The position numbers were made by a program, and so were the translations under genes. Positions 11,608-23,431 of a stretch of 64,000 nucleotides of DNA are shown one piece after another. The first letter of the stretch is position 1. Each line of letters starts with the position of its first letter. The notes beneath the pieces were generated by a model that searched no databases, was not told the DNA's origin, and worked only from the letters and a program-made list of their open reading frames with translations. This DNA comes from Massalongia carnosa (lineage: Eukaryota): NCBI GenBank assembly GCA_965645245.1, contig OZ287078.1, forward strand, positions 496,001 through 560,000. The letters run 5' to 3'.

Positions 11608-13601
11608 CTATCGCAGTGGTTTGCAGAAAGCCTTGGTCAGCCTTTGTTTCAGCATCTCCATGAGTTCTTTATTCCGAGCCTTCTGCTCTTCCATCTGCTC
11701 CATAAGCTCCGCATGTCGTTGCTTGCTCTCTTCCCTCTTCTGAGCGAGCTGTTGTTTGCTCTCTTCCCTCTCCTGAGCGAGCTGTTGCTTTAACCAGTCA
11801 ATCTCTTGCTGAAGCATGGCTGTGGGTCTTAGTCTTGGCCTTTTGGACCGCCCTGTGGCCTGAGACGAAGTTTCGCTTTCCGTCATCTCTTGGGAATTAG
11901 GCTCGATCTCATTCTCACCGCTAGCATTTGACATGGATAAACTGGTTGGGACTTCAGATCCCAAATCGTCTGGTAGAACATCGATAGCTTTACAGATCCA
12001 TTCCAAATGCTTCGGCATCCATAGTTCGTAAAGATTCTTTGTAAACTTATAGGCCGTCCATTTTTCTTTTCCGTTCAAATCCGTCAAAAAAAAGTCTCGA
12101 ATGGGATAGCGATAGTAAGTCGTTGTGTCATCCTCAATCACGGGATAATGGCCATATATTCTCACATTCTTGTCGTCGTGTGAGATTGAAAAGGCAAGGA
12201 TTTTTCGATGAACCTCTCCTTTCCAATAAAACTCATTTTCCCATTTTGCGTATTTATAAAGCTCGACAACGGCTCTTACGGCATGGGTCATGCTATGAGC
12301 GTTTTGTCGATCGGCAATATCTAAGGCGGTAGCACCGCATTTGACCTCACATGTAAGGAAAGGAAAATACATTCTCCAAGTGGCCATGAAGTAAGAAAAA
12401 TCTGTAAGGCCGATATAAATGTTGACCAACGAAGGGCTTGAGCTTCTTAAGTTGCTCATTCGTGAATGCGGATTGACCGAATGCTACCGAGTAATCGGGC
12501 TGTGGACGAGGATTGGTGACACAAATAGCGCTATTCCAACCTTTGTTAACACTTTCGACCAAATGTTCGAGACAAGTAGCACCGCATGTAGCCAGACTTT
12601 CCGCAGAAGGAACAATCAGTCGAGTGATATCTTGAAGAACCCTTGCTTCGTTTTGGTTACGAATTTTTAAACAAGCCGTTTTGAATCGATCGTCGCGAAA
12701 TATCGAGTCTTGGATGACGGTTTGTGCTGAATCTAGAAGTACTTGACAAAGGGTCTTGCTCTCATCTGTAGTATCCAAATCTGACTCGCGCATAAAGCTA
12801 CCTTTATTTGCAAGTTCGGTTTCATAGGCTTCGCTTGTGTATGTGGCACTTTTTGCTTCCCTCGGTAGATCACAGGATGTGTCGACCCCAAATTCGGAAG
12901 CTTTTTGAGCGAGAGAAGTTGAGGACCATTTTCTTGCAAGAAGAGGGTGAGCCATCTTATTCCCTTTCTCAGCTCGCTGTTTATCCCACTCTTCCTGTTG
13001 TTGAACTTCTTCAATATCTTCCCAAACTTGCTTGTTATGATCGAAATATTTCTTAGGCCAGCTCCATTCCTGAATCCAATGATCGATTGAATGATGGTCT
13101 TTGGTTATGTTCTCGACAGCTGCTTTATCGTCAACAACACATCCGCTAGATGCGATTCGCAGACATTTCTCTGAAAGCCCTTGGAAAGATTCCCCTTCTT
13201 GTAATCGTTTCCGCTTGTGCTCAAAATTACGATTCGCTTCAAGTTCTTGCGGCGGGTACGCTTGTTGAACAGCCTCAGATTTAGGAGAAATCGGGTTATG
13301 TTGCTGAGACTTAGTTTAGTAAGCTTGAGAATAAAGCAACGAACGAGAGATAGTTAATGTATTTCTTTACTGACAGTATTTATTGATGTTGAAGATGAGA
13401 GATATCTTAATTCGCTGCCCTTCCCTTCGAGTGTGCTTTGCTCTTGAGCTTTTGCTGATCGTACGCTCCTACGGAGGAATTCTTGTGGCCGCTTTTCTTT
13501 AATCGTTAGGTAAAGTAGCCAGGTACTTGAAGCATTTCTTTCTTACCTTTAGCTTGAGGCCAAAGGTTCTCGGTGCTCGGTTTCGCTTGACTACGAGCCA
13601 T
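11608..13601 (-). pseudogene. Fungal PD-(D/E)XK-nuclease-like protein (DUF7924-type) with one frameshift near 12425
   Basis: MARSQAK... start at 13601 with introns; HWIQEWSWPKKYF, PRPQPDYSVAF, then after a +1 shift YFPFLTCEVKCG...ADRQNAHS, ILAFSISHD, RIYGHY; C-terminal 33-bp coiled-coil repeats (KQQLAQxREES). Family name recalled, not searched. Confidence 0.75.
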
Positions 13602-13826
13602 GTTTGATTAGTAGGAAGACGAGTAGAGGGTGTGTTTAATATGTTGCCGATGACGACGCTTGCCCATTTGCTCCGTGCTCGGATTCCGTAGTTAGTAAGT
13701 CAGATTATTTGCCGCTAGCGCGGCACACAAATGGGGTTCTGTATTTAGCGAATATCCCAGTACTAAATTCTTGGAGGATCAGGAATTCAAGATTCAACGA
13801 CACGACTAACATCAACGGCGACAGCG

Positions 13827-14678
13827 ATGGCGCCAAAAGAAAAAGACACAAAGAAGGGTTAGTTACTATCTTTCTAATCATCTTTCAAGGGTTATATCTC
13901 TAGTGATCTAGCCCAAGCTACATTTCTGCCGGCAATTAGATCTGCCGTTTGCCTTAGAGATGCAAATCAATGATTATTGCCCTGTTCCTTGTTGAACAAA
14001 TGACTTGAGGGCCTTCGGGCATACATTTCTGGGATTCTTTTCTAACGCAACCAATGTAGGCCCGAAGCCCAGCGGTAAACCCAACGCAAAAGCTAGCGCC
14101 GCTTCCAAAGCCACCCTGCGCGGCGTATGTCTCTCTTCTTTGAACTTAACTCCATCACCCTGACCTCTTCTGCCTATATCTAGTTACACTCTCATAAAGC
14201 GCGCAAGATTCGCCTTACCACGACCTTTCACCGCCCCAAGACGCTGCAGTTGTCTCGCACACCCAAATACCCGCGCAAATCGGTCCCCCACGTGCCCCGA
14301 CTCGACCACCACCAGGTCATCATCCACCCGCTAAACACGGAGAGCGCGATGAAGAAGATTGAGGAGAATAACACGCTGGTGTTTATCTGCGATGTCAAGG
14401 CCAATAAGCGGCAGATCAAAGAGGCGTTGAAGAAGCTGTACGACGTCGACTGCGTCAAGGTGAATACGTTGATTAGGTACGTTTTTTTTAGCGCTAGTAC
14501 TCTGGAGATACGGGAAGTGGAGAGGATGAGAGCAAATGGATAAGACAGGGTGGTTGGATTCATGAATAGCGCTAATGTTAAGTGTTGCAGGCCGGATGGG
14601 TCAAAGAAGGCGTTCGCAAGGTTAACGCCTGATGTGGATGCTCTAGATATCGCGGCTACGAAACTTGCAATCGTTTAG
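13827..14678 (+). CDS. RPL25: 60S ribosomal protein uL23, 4 exons
   Basis: [10 protein letters not shown]; introns 13858-14059, 14126-14183, 14477-14590; [48 protein letters not shown]. Confidence 0.97.
13909..14028 (+). ncRNA. Candidate intronic box H/ACA snoRNA in RPL25 intron 1
   Basis: Unusually long (202 nt) intron; hairpin GGCA..TGCC, ANANNA-type AAATCA at 13964, second hairpin closed by TGCCC 13978 / GGGCA 14017, then ACA at 14023. Confidence 0.3.
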
Positions 14679-15186
14679 ATTATTTGAAATGTCTTGATGC
14701 GAGCAGAGGGGTACTGGCTAGGCTTTTCAAGTGTTAAACGACATGATTTGTCGATCTTCTGGTGCAATCTCGGGTGCTGTCCTAATTGCCTCATAATCTT
14801 ATGTGTAAAGTCCTCAAGTTGGGAGATTGATTACCAGGACAAAAAATAATGCCGATAAACAATGCTGGTGGGGCAGGAAGTGAACGTTTGTTCTCTTCTC
14901 GATTTGCGGAATGAAACCACAAATCCTATCCAGCCCTTCGAGATGGTATGTTGAGATGGCAGACCATGATATCCCCACAATACCGGACTTCTAAATGTTG
15001 CTGCCATTATCATCTCCACCCTCATCCCCCAAACTCTTTTGTGGAGCACTGCCCCTATCTTCCCAAGTCAACCCTAATGAGCCCCAACAATCTCCCTCTT
15101 ATGTACACCACGCCCATCCCCCTAACCCAATACACACGTCTAAAACATATATTTTCTCCCTCCGCCACCTCCCCTTTTATAGCCCC

Positions 15187-15552
15187 CTAACCCCCTCTCA
15201 TGGCCTCCAAATGCCGCACAACCGCTACATTCGCGTCCAAAAACCGCTCCACACAATTCTGTGCGCACGACTCCTCCCCCTTATCCAGCTTCCCACTTGA
15301 GATCTTCCCCGTCACGCATTTGGAGAAGCAGATATCGGTGAGGTTGTGGACGGCTGAAGGTTTTTGAGGCCGGTGGTGTTAGCGCTGACTATTTTCTTTT
15401 TTTTCGGCTTGCCTTGAGGAGGGAAAAAGGGGGCGAGAAAATGGTTTACATTCTTGGATCTTGGCCTTTTGCATCTCGTTGCCGAGGGCCTGTTGCAGCT
15501 GGCGCTTGTCAGCATCAGAGAGCCGGGAGACGTCGAGGTTGGCGGTGTCCAT
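15187..15552 (-). CDS. TIM8: Mitochondrial small Tim chaperone Tim8
   Basis: Exons 15450-15552 and 15187-15353 give MDTANLDVS...QKAKIQESVHNLTDICFSKC...EESCAQNCVERFLD; twin CX3C motifs; not in the ORF track. Confidence 0.92.
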
Positions 15553-15588
15553 TTTGGGGTGGGGATTGCATGTGAACGAAGGGTTTAT

Positions 15589-17739
15589 CCCTCTCGCTGT
15601 TACCCAAGCACCCCCCTCCCCAAGCTAACCATTATTAGCTAGCTTCCGCATTTAGCAAGTTTGAATTAGTCATGCGAACATCAATTTTTTCTTGACTGTC
15701 ATTGAACCTCATTCAATCAATTTAGACCTCGTCAATTGCTGTCTTTCTATATACGGGATTTTTACTGTGATTATGGGGCTCAACGAAGAAGAAATCCCGA
15801 GTGTTTCAGACAAATCGCCAATCTCAGCGAAGTAGCATAAAATAAATCGCAAAAGAGGTGTCCAAAACATCTTGATCGATATTCCGTCTACTTCCTCTAA
15901 ATATACCCCTATTCGTGTTATCAACAGGCCTTTTGTTCCATTAATTGAAGACATTGCTCGAAGTCCTCTGGAATTATTTCAGTTGTTTATAACAAGGCAG
16001 CATTGTCGCATCATCGCATATCATACCAATATCAAAGCACACGACTACATGGAGGAGGAGAAGGAGAAGAATCATCGAAATTGGACTGATACTACTGGCT
16101 CGGAAATAGAGGTGTTTTTGTGCATAATACTTCTTATGGGTCTCGATCGTCTACCTGCTACAGAAGATTATTGGAATCAACGCCCGGACAAGCCAGTCAT
16201 CATGCCTATTCAGTCCGCTATGTCGCTTTATCGATTTCAACAAATTAAGCGATTTTGAAAATCAACAATGGGCGAACAGAGCCTCCGGGACTGGGCAAAG
16301 GACCTGATTGGTGGAATAAACTAGAACCGTTGGCCACTGATTTTCGAAAGGCCTCGTTGAAACATTGCATACCAGGAAGCAATATTTCTATAGATGTACA
16401 ACTGGTGCTATTTAAAGGCCGATCTCGACACACCATGCAAATCGCTACTAAAAGTGCTCACAAAGGATTTAAAATCTACAGCCTGTCAGGATAATTATTT
16501 GTTGTCGTTTTTGTTTGCCTCCAAGACTAGCAAAATAAGTCAATTGAAAACAGCTAAACAATTGGGATTTTTGATGAAGGACGGACTAACTGTCAGTGCT
16601 TTGGTGGTGATTCAGTTATGTAAAGAACTTCCATCCTTTCTAGATTATCATCTTTTCTGTGATAATTTCTTTACTAGCACGAAGTTATTCAAGGCACTTC
16701 GATCAATCGGAATAGCTGCCAGCGGGACTGCTAAAAAGGGCTCAGGCTTTCCAGAAGAATTGCTGGCCATACGGGGCGTCACCTCAAAAGGAAAAGACTG
16801 GGGCCTACAAGCACATATGGTGGTCGATGATGAGGTGCTTTGTATGGGCTGGGTGGATAATAATGGGGTGCAGTACATGACCACCGGCCACACTCCCCAG
16901 GACCTGAACGAAATACACTATATAAATCCATACAAAAGGCATGGAATTCCTGAGACCTCAATTCAACCGATTGTACCATATTTCCCATCAACTCTGGCTC
17001 ACTTCTCTCCTTCGCCCAATCAAGCGGTCCAATAGCCCCTTGGATTACCAATACCAGCCCCAATCAGAGATATAACCTCTATATGGGAGGGTCGGATGGA
17101 AACGCTCAGCAACGAGCGGTTTATTCATACGATCGTCGTACGGATCGTTACTGGTGGCCTTTATTCATTTTTATATTGGATGCAGTCGGACTGAACGCGT
17201 TTAAACTTTACTCGATGAACTCTTTCCACCTCGAGGAAAAAAAGCTTACTCGTTCCAAGTTTCTTCGTCAGATTGCCCTCGAATTGGTGTCAAATCAAGC
17301 GGGCATCAGGCCCGTTCCACCAAAGGTAAGCATTAACACCGCGATTGATGCTTTAGTAGCACCTCCCGTTCATCATTACGTTCGTCTTGAAAGAAAACAA
17401 AGATGTATGCATTGTAAAGTCAACAAAACACGACCTTCAAAGCGAAAGGGACAGCCACTGACTGAAAGAGATGTTAATGGGCGAATAAAAAGGCGAAGAG
17501 GTGCTCAGACTATATGGGCTTGTGGAGGATGTCATCCAATCAGGCCCTGCTGTAGAAAAGCCAATTGTTGGGAAGCTATTCATATGAATTGGGACGAGTA
17601 AATGATATAGCTATAAATTTGAACTTCTTTGTAAATAGGGGTAATCAGGTTCACATTGATTGGTCAGATAATTAAGATTTAGCGCTTCTTAACCAATAAT
17701 GGTTAGCTTGTGGGGGGGGCTTGGGTAACAGCGAGAGGG
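15589..17739 (+). mobile_element. piggyBac-family DNA transposon with a pseudogenised transposase
   Basis: TIRs CCCTCTCGCTGTTACCCAAGC...CAAGCTAACCATTATT and its reverse complement; transposase 15773-17601 with SIDxQLVLFKGRS, DNFFTS, MGGSD and a C-terminal Cys-rich domain; stop near 15833 and frameshifts near 16255, 16486 and 17070. Confidence 0.93.
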
Positions 17740-17744
17740 ATAAG

Positions 17745-18426
17745 TTGCCTCAGTACCTCAGACGTGCCCGACTAAGCCCCTTCGGGTTAGTCTTACAGAA
17801 CGTTAAGCCCCTTCGGGTTAACAGGCTGACTACGCAGCACATCTGTAGCAAGTCTGAGCCCAAAACTCAAGATTACGGTCAGATATGGCTTAACGATCAT
17901 GACAAGAACGATTTCGACCTTATAGTAAAACGTCACAACTTCATTGTTTTCATGTTTGTAACGTCGTCGTCGCTTGATATGATCATGATCAATGTATTTT
18001 TGAATTTTTCGTTATAAATTTCAATATTTATTTATGTTTATAACGTGCAGAGCAATTTTACATACATCTTGTTATTTTCGTTAAGTCGATTCTCGATTTC
18101 TATGCGAAGTGCAATCAGATTGCCCCACATGAACTTTACAACGAACAGGAATTTCAGAAAACTTTCTATACAAATTCTACTTGAATTCTTTCGAAGAAAT
18201 AGCCCGTGTCAAACGAAAAAGCAAGACGTCAAAATGTCGAAAATTTGCAATAATACACGATTTATTACGAATATCTGACCGTAATATTTAGTTTTGCGCT
18301 CAGACGTGCTATCGCAGCCACGTTAGTCAGCTGGGACGCTAATCCGAAGGAGCTTAGCGAAATAGGCTAACCCGGAGGGGCTTAGACGGCTCCTAGAGCC
18401 CACGCACGTCTGAGGTACTGAGGCAA
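17745..18426. mobile_element. Non-autonomous TIR element (MITE-like, 682 bp) with 8-bp TSD
   Basis: 23-bp TIR TTGCCTCAGTACCTCAGACGTGC; TSD GGGATAAG at 17737-17744 and 18427-18434; subterminal TAAGCCCCTTCGGGTTA palindromes, two per end. Confidence 0.9.
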
Positions 18427-21400
18427 GGGATAAGAAAATTATGGGAGGTGGCTTAATAATAGGGTTCTTCCGTCGGTGTTTTAGGGCACGGACCACTTAC
18501 GACTGTTGTTGGCTTCCGGCCATGTCAGAGAGACAAAAAGGCTATCCTTTCAGAAACCAGGGCTTATCTAGCAAGCTAGATGTACAGTTATGTAATAGAA
18601 CGGTCGATGAGGATAAAAAGAAGCTTCATAGTAGGCTAAATGGTCCTGCTCCAGCTCGATGACTGGCTTTCACTAATGATTTCTTTATAAAAACTGATTT
18701 CCTTTGGTTCATCCGACCACTACCTCTTTAAGAGAATGTTAGGACTCTAATAGCTTAGGATTTACAATATGCTCTAGATCTAGAAAATTCAGGAGTCCTG
18801 CACAGTGTCATAAAGGTGGCTTCTAGTCGTTACCTTTGGGGAACATTATACCTTGTTTGAGCTCTTGCCTGATTCTTTTCCTTCATATTTATCTCTCTCG
18901 TATTCAAGACGTACGCTCTCTTGATATTCACCTGTCTGTTTTGTAAAACATGTTTATATAGACTCGTGGTATCAAAGTAGAAGGAAAGGTATATTCAGGT
19001 TTTTGATCGATCGTCATGAACCCATACTTTCGAATATTGACAGAAGCCGTCAATTTTCAGGAAGAGATAACTTTCATCTTTCAAATCACAGGAAAGCTTA
19101 AAGTAAGCGGCTGACCGCAGCAGAAACCCTCATGTCTAATCTGTCCCTCTCCTGCTTAAGGGATTTCAAGCTGAAAGTCGAACGCACTTGGACTTCAGCG
19201 GCTTGAGTCATCTCCACGCGGTTATTTGCTAGAGCCGTATCAAAATTTTATCTTTTCTCGATTAGGGTATTTATAGCTGGAAATCGAACGAACCTAGACT
19301 TTGACGGCAGAATCAACCCCGCTGTGTTCTATTATGTCTCACTTGAGCCCTTTTTATTAAGATCTCACGGGTTTAGACCTACTGTTGGCAGCAGAAATAT
19401 TCCACTACTTCATCCCTTCCTTGTTAGGAAGTCTCTCGTTGAAATCTTAATGCACCCTGAACTTGGTGGCCTGAATCATGGTTCTATTACCGGCCAAACT
19501 ACGCTCAGTGTGAACCTTGAGCTTCTTCCATCAACAAAAACTGCTTATTTTCTAGCTAGTCTGAAGGCTCTTTCTCTTCATAGGATGCTGCAACCTGAGT
19601 TCCAGCCCTTGTCATCGAGAAATAGAGCAGTTTAAAGTGACAACTCCCAAATTGAATGTCTACATAGATTATGTCTGCTATTGGTAGTCTCTGACTCTAA
19701 TTCTTTATTCAAGGCAAGGCTTCTTGAAGACTTCTCTTGACTGACAGGATCGAAATCCGTCGCCTCATAGTTGAGTACTGCAGGATTTCCCCATACCAAT
19801 TTTCATAGCTATAATCTTAGAGCAAGTAATCAAAGTACAGGCCGCAAGACCTTTTCCGTTCAACCTACAGCTCGAAAATTGCCTTTCTGAATCAATTGTT
19901 TCCTTTCTGCAAAGCTTTCGATCGGCCAATGGGCTATCCGTTCAGTATGGAGCTTTTGACACCCAACGAGCTAGTGAACCAGAACGCTTGAATTATTTGA
20001 AAGTATACCCTTTATCTTCATATAAAGACGGCTGAGTGATGTCAAGACTCTACTTTAGAGAAGAACGAAATCATGCTTTTAATACTTTATGTTAAGCAGA
20101 ACAGGATTACATATTTGTATGTTGCGTTCATTATCAAATTAAAAAAAGAATAGAAATGCTATTCTTTTCCTCATCCTTCCTCTACTAAAACACCGTCAGA
20201 GCTTTTTTCAAACCCATCCCAAGGCCCAAAAGACACATTTCATCAACGACTTCCAGCTAGTCCATACCTATATATACAGGCCATTCGTCTCTAACTATCT
20301 ATATAAAACGGATATCTAATCTAGAGAGACTTTTTTACAAGCCACAAGCAAGCCGGCCTTCTCTAGGGAAGTTGCTCGAGCCAAAAGAAGAAAGGAGAAT
20401 AAAAATGTCAGCTACAAATATCAGCCAATATTTCTGCCAAGGTTGGACAAACCAGCAGTCCTTCCCGAATAATCGAATTTCTATCGGTCTGATCCACGCA
20501 AGATTACCTGCAACAAATACCTCACAATCACCCTAAATCCCGCGAACCACAATCAAACCCTGGTTAATAACTCCTCTCCCCTCTCCACCTCCCACTTTCT
20601 TCTCTGAACAAGCAGCAAGTGAACTTTTCTTAACCTTGTTCATAGAGACAAACACCAATATATTTTATGTACATTCCATTCATCCTTCCTACACTAGCTA
20701 ACCAATCATAAACCTGGGTGGGGGGGCCTGAGTAAGTATGTATTTCCCACCACCTCTTCAAGTACGAGAGACTAGTGAAAAATCCCGATAACTAAAGAGC
20801 CAAACAGAAAACCGGTAAGAAGCCGTGGCTTGGCTCTTTTCTCCCCTCTTTTTCTTCCCTCTCTTCTCTTCCCTATCCTTTCCCCCGTCCCGTCTTCGTC
20901 CCGTTAGATTTTGCGTGTTTGCTACGTAGTAAATCCTCGTTTTGCTGAAGTCAATTTTCGGGGAAAAATACATAGGCTAGAGGAGGAGGAAAGAGAAGAC
21001 GAGATGCGTGTCTGTGCATATATGTATAGATGTATATTAGAGGATCGATAAGACGGGACAACAGACAAACATCGATCGGCTAGTCGTTTTGAGTGAGGAA
21101 ATCGAGTTGGAGAAAAGAAAAGAGAAGAAAAAAGAGGAAGATTTCAGCAAAATGGAAATGGAAAAGGAAAAGATAAGAGAGAAATCCCTAGCAGGACTTA
21201 AACGATAGGGCGGCCGGGCGGGGTTTTTTTTTGGAGGGGGGGGGGTTTGGAGATGAAGGAATACGTATATACTTTGTATGAATGACTACTTGTGTAACTA
21301 CTATGTGTAGGTCGTTGAGTAGCGGAAGAAACAGATAACAAAGAATAAAGGAAAGAAAAGAAAGAAATAGATAGAAAGGAAGATCGACGGAGAGGGTAAT

Positions 21401-21962
21401 CTCAGGGTTTTCGAGGATGTTTTGTGTTGATAGAAAACCGTCTCTGAAGCCTCGTGCGAGAAACAGACGGAAACACTATTCTACTTTTCAGACGCCTCAA
21501 GAAGGCTTGATGGAAGGGATCTGAAAATAAGGAATGCCATTCGTTTCTCTATCTATGGTTTCTCACCGCCTCGCCCACTGACGTATGCAAATCTTCTGCA
21601 GCCTCCGCATTCCTTCTCATCCTGACTTTCGCCTCTAGTCTTAACATGGGTGAATAGCTTCCAAGGCAAGCTGCTATGAACTAGTCGAGGCTTTGCCTTT
21701 AGAACTGACCTAGATACGGTTTTTTGGGCTAGCCTTTGCTTCCTTAAAAGCCCAGGACAAGGAGAAAAAAGCATACCGCTTGCCCTTCGACACTACTCGT
21801 ATCTTGATCGTTACAAATGGGCTCGGCTTGCTCTGCCTTGAAAACTGGGCGCCGTTACGTTGCCGAAGCGCCTCCTGGACGCTGGGAGCGAGGAGCCGTC
21901 AGATCGAACCGGGACGGGATATCTGACTGTGCGTCCTCGCTTAACGCGAGGTTACCGAACCG

Positions 21963-23431
21963 TCAATCTGCACCCCATATGTCAGCCGTCTTCCCTTAAG
22001 TGAGAAGCAAAAACCGCTTACCGTCGTAGAATTCATCTTCATCATCGAAATCGGCAAGTTGGTCAAAGTTAACCTTGTAGCGCAGCATGGCTCCAATACC
22101 ACCGAAGCCCTTGACGAACTGATTTCCTTCGCTGGACCGATCTGACACAAACTCCAGGGAGGCGCCAAAGTCTTTGTACTTTTCCGCTAGCCATTCCAAG
22201 AACGCCCCCTGGTCGATCACTTCCATTTCCTGGCCTGTCTCCTTGTCCATGAACATCTCCCGGTTGACCTCCTGCGATTTGCTGGTGTGTAGGATGATTT
22301 CGGAGCCATCGGAGGATTTCAGCACCCAGCGTGTGATGTCGAGATTCTCGTAGACGATCAACGTCTCGGCAGCACCCAGTTCGAGGGCTTTCAAGGTATC
22401 CTCAATGCCATAGCAGACCCGGCCCGTGTCTTGGCTGATCTCTTCAAAATATTTGCCAATCAGCTTCTTTTCTTGGATGAATTTAACTTCGCTGAGCGTC
22501 TCTGACGCCAGCTCAATGGCTTGATTGAATCCGTTTTCTCCACCGTATGACACATCCACAACTTTGATCACCTTGCTTTGTAGACGATTGTCGAACATGT
22601 CGGACTGGTTCAGATCATTTTTGAAGTCGGCCGAGCCGGCCAGGATGATTCCTGCAACGTTCACCTTGTCATTAGTGATGAAGTTCTGAACCGCCAGTTC
22701 GGCCACCTTCCGCACGTAGTTGTGTCTTTTCTCCTCACGTAAGCGAGCAAAACGCAAGGCAGATTGCCCACCGCGACCATGCTTCTTAGGAAGATCGACG
22801 GAGAATTTATGAACCACATCTCTAGTGTTCCCGCTGAGCGTTCCAAAGAGAGCACCATTCCCGTCCATGATGATGAAACCAAACTTTTGGTCCGATTCCA
22901 GCAACTCGCTCAGAGCTTCGGTGTGGAATTTATTATCACACAGGTAAAGCGAAGTGTTGATCGGTTTGAAGGGTTCAAAGTCGATGTTGATCTTGCGCTC
23001 TTTCCCTTCCGAGGTAATGATTTCCCCGCAATACACTACCAGGCCATTTGGAGGCACCTTGTTATAAAGCTTAAGGCGCTGTTGCGTCGATGTGATGGCC
23101 GATAAGACGGAGAGACGGTTCACTCTTGATTTGATGTTGGAGGCGGTGCCCTTTAGCGAGCAGCGTAAGCGTTGGTTCCACAGCAGGAATACCAACATAC
23201 AAATTCTTCAGCCAACATCCTCGCGGCTCGGGAGACCTGATCTTTGGGAGCTGTAATACAGCAGCGTAAGCTTTTCGACCATCAGGAGTAGAGCGGCAAC
23301 ATCAACGCACGTATAATCAAGGAAATCATGGATGTTCCGTTGCCTCGTGCGGCCTCGAGTCGCTTGATCAATTTTTTGACTTTCCATATTTCGATGTTCT
23401 TCTCGGCCTCATTTGCCTGAGGAGCGCTCAT
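21963..23431 (-). CDS. SUP45: Eukaryotic peptide chain release factor 1
   Basis: [41 protein letters not shown]; introns 23251-23310, 23151-23200, 21968-22021; ends EFYDD-TGA. Confidence 0.97.

Noticed and set aside
21996..22021. ORF-track C-terminus GKRFLLLT for eRF1
   Set aside because: This is read-through into a canonical 54-nt intron (GTAAGC...GCTGAC...TGCAG); the spliced end is EFYDD*.
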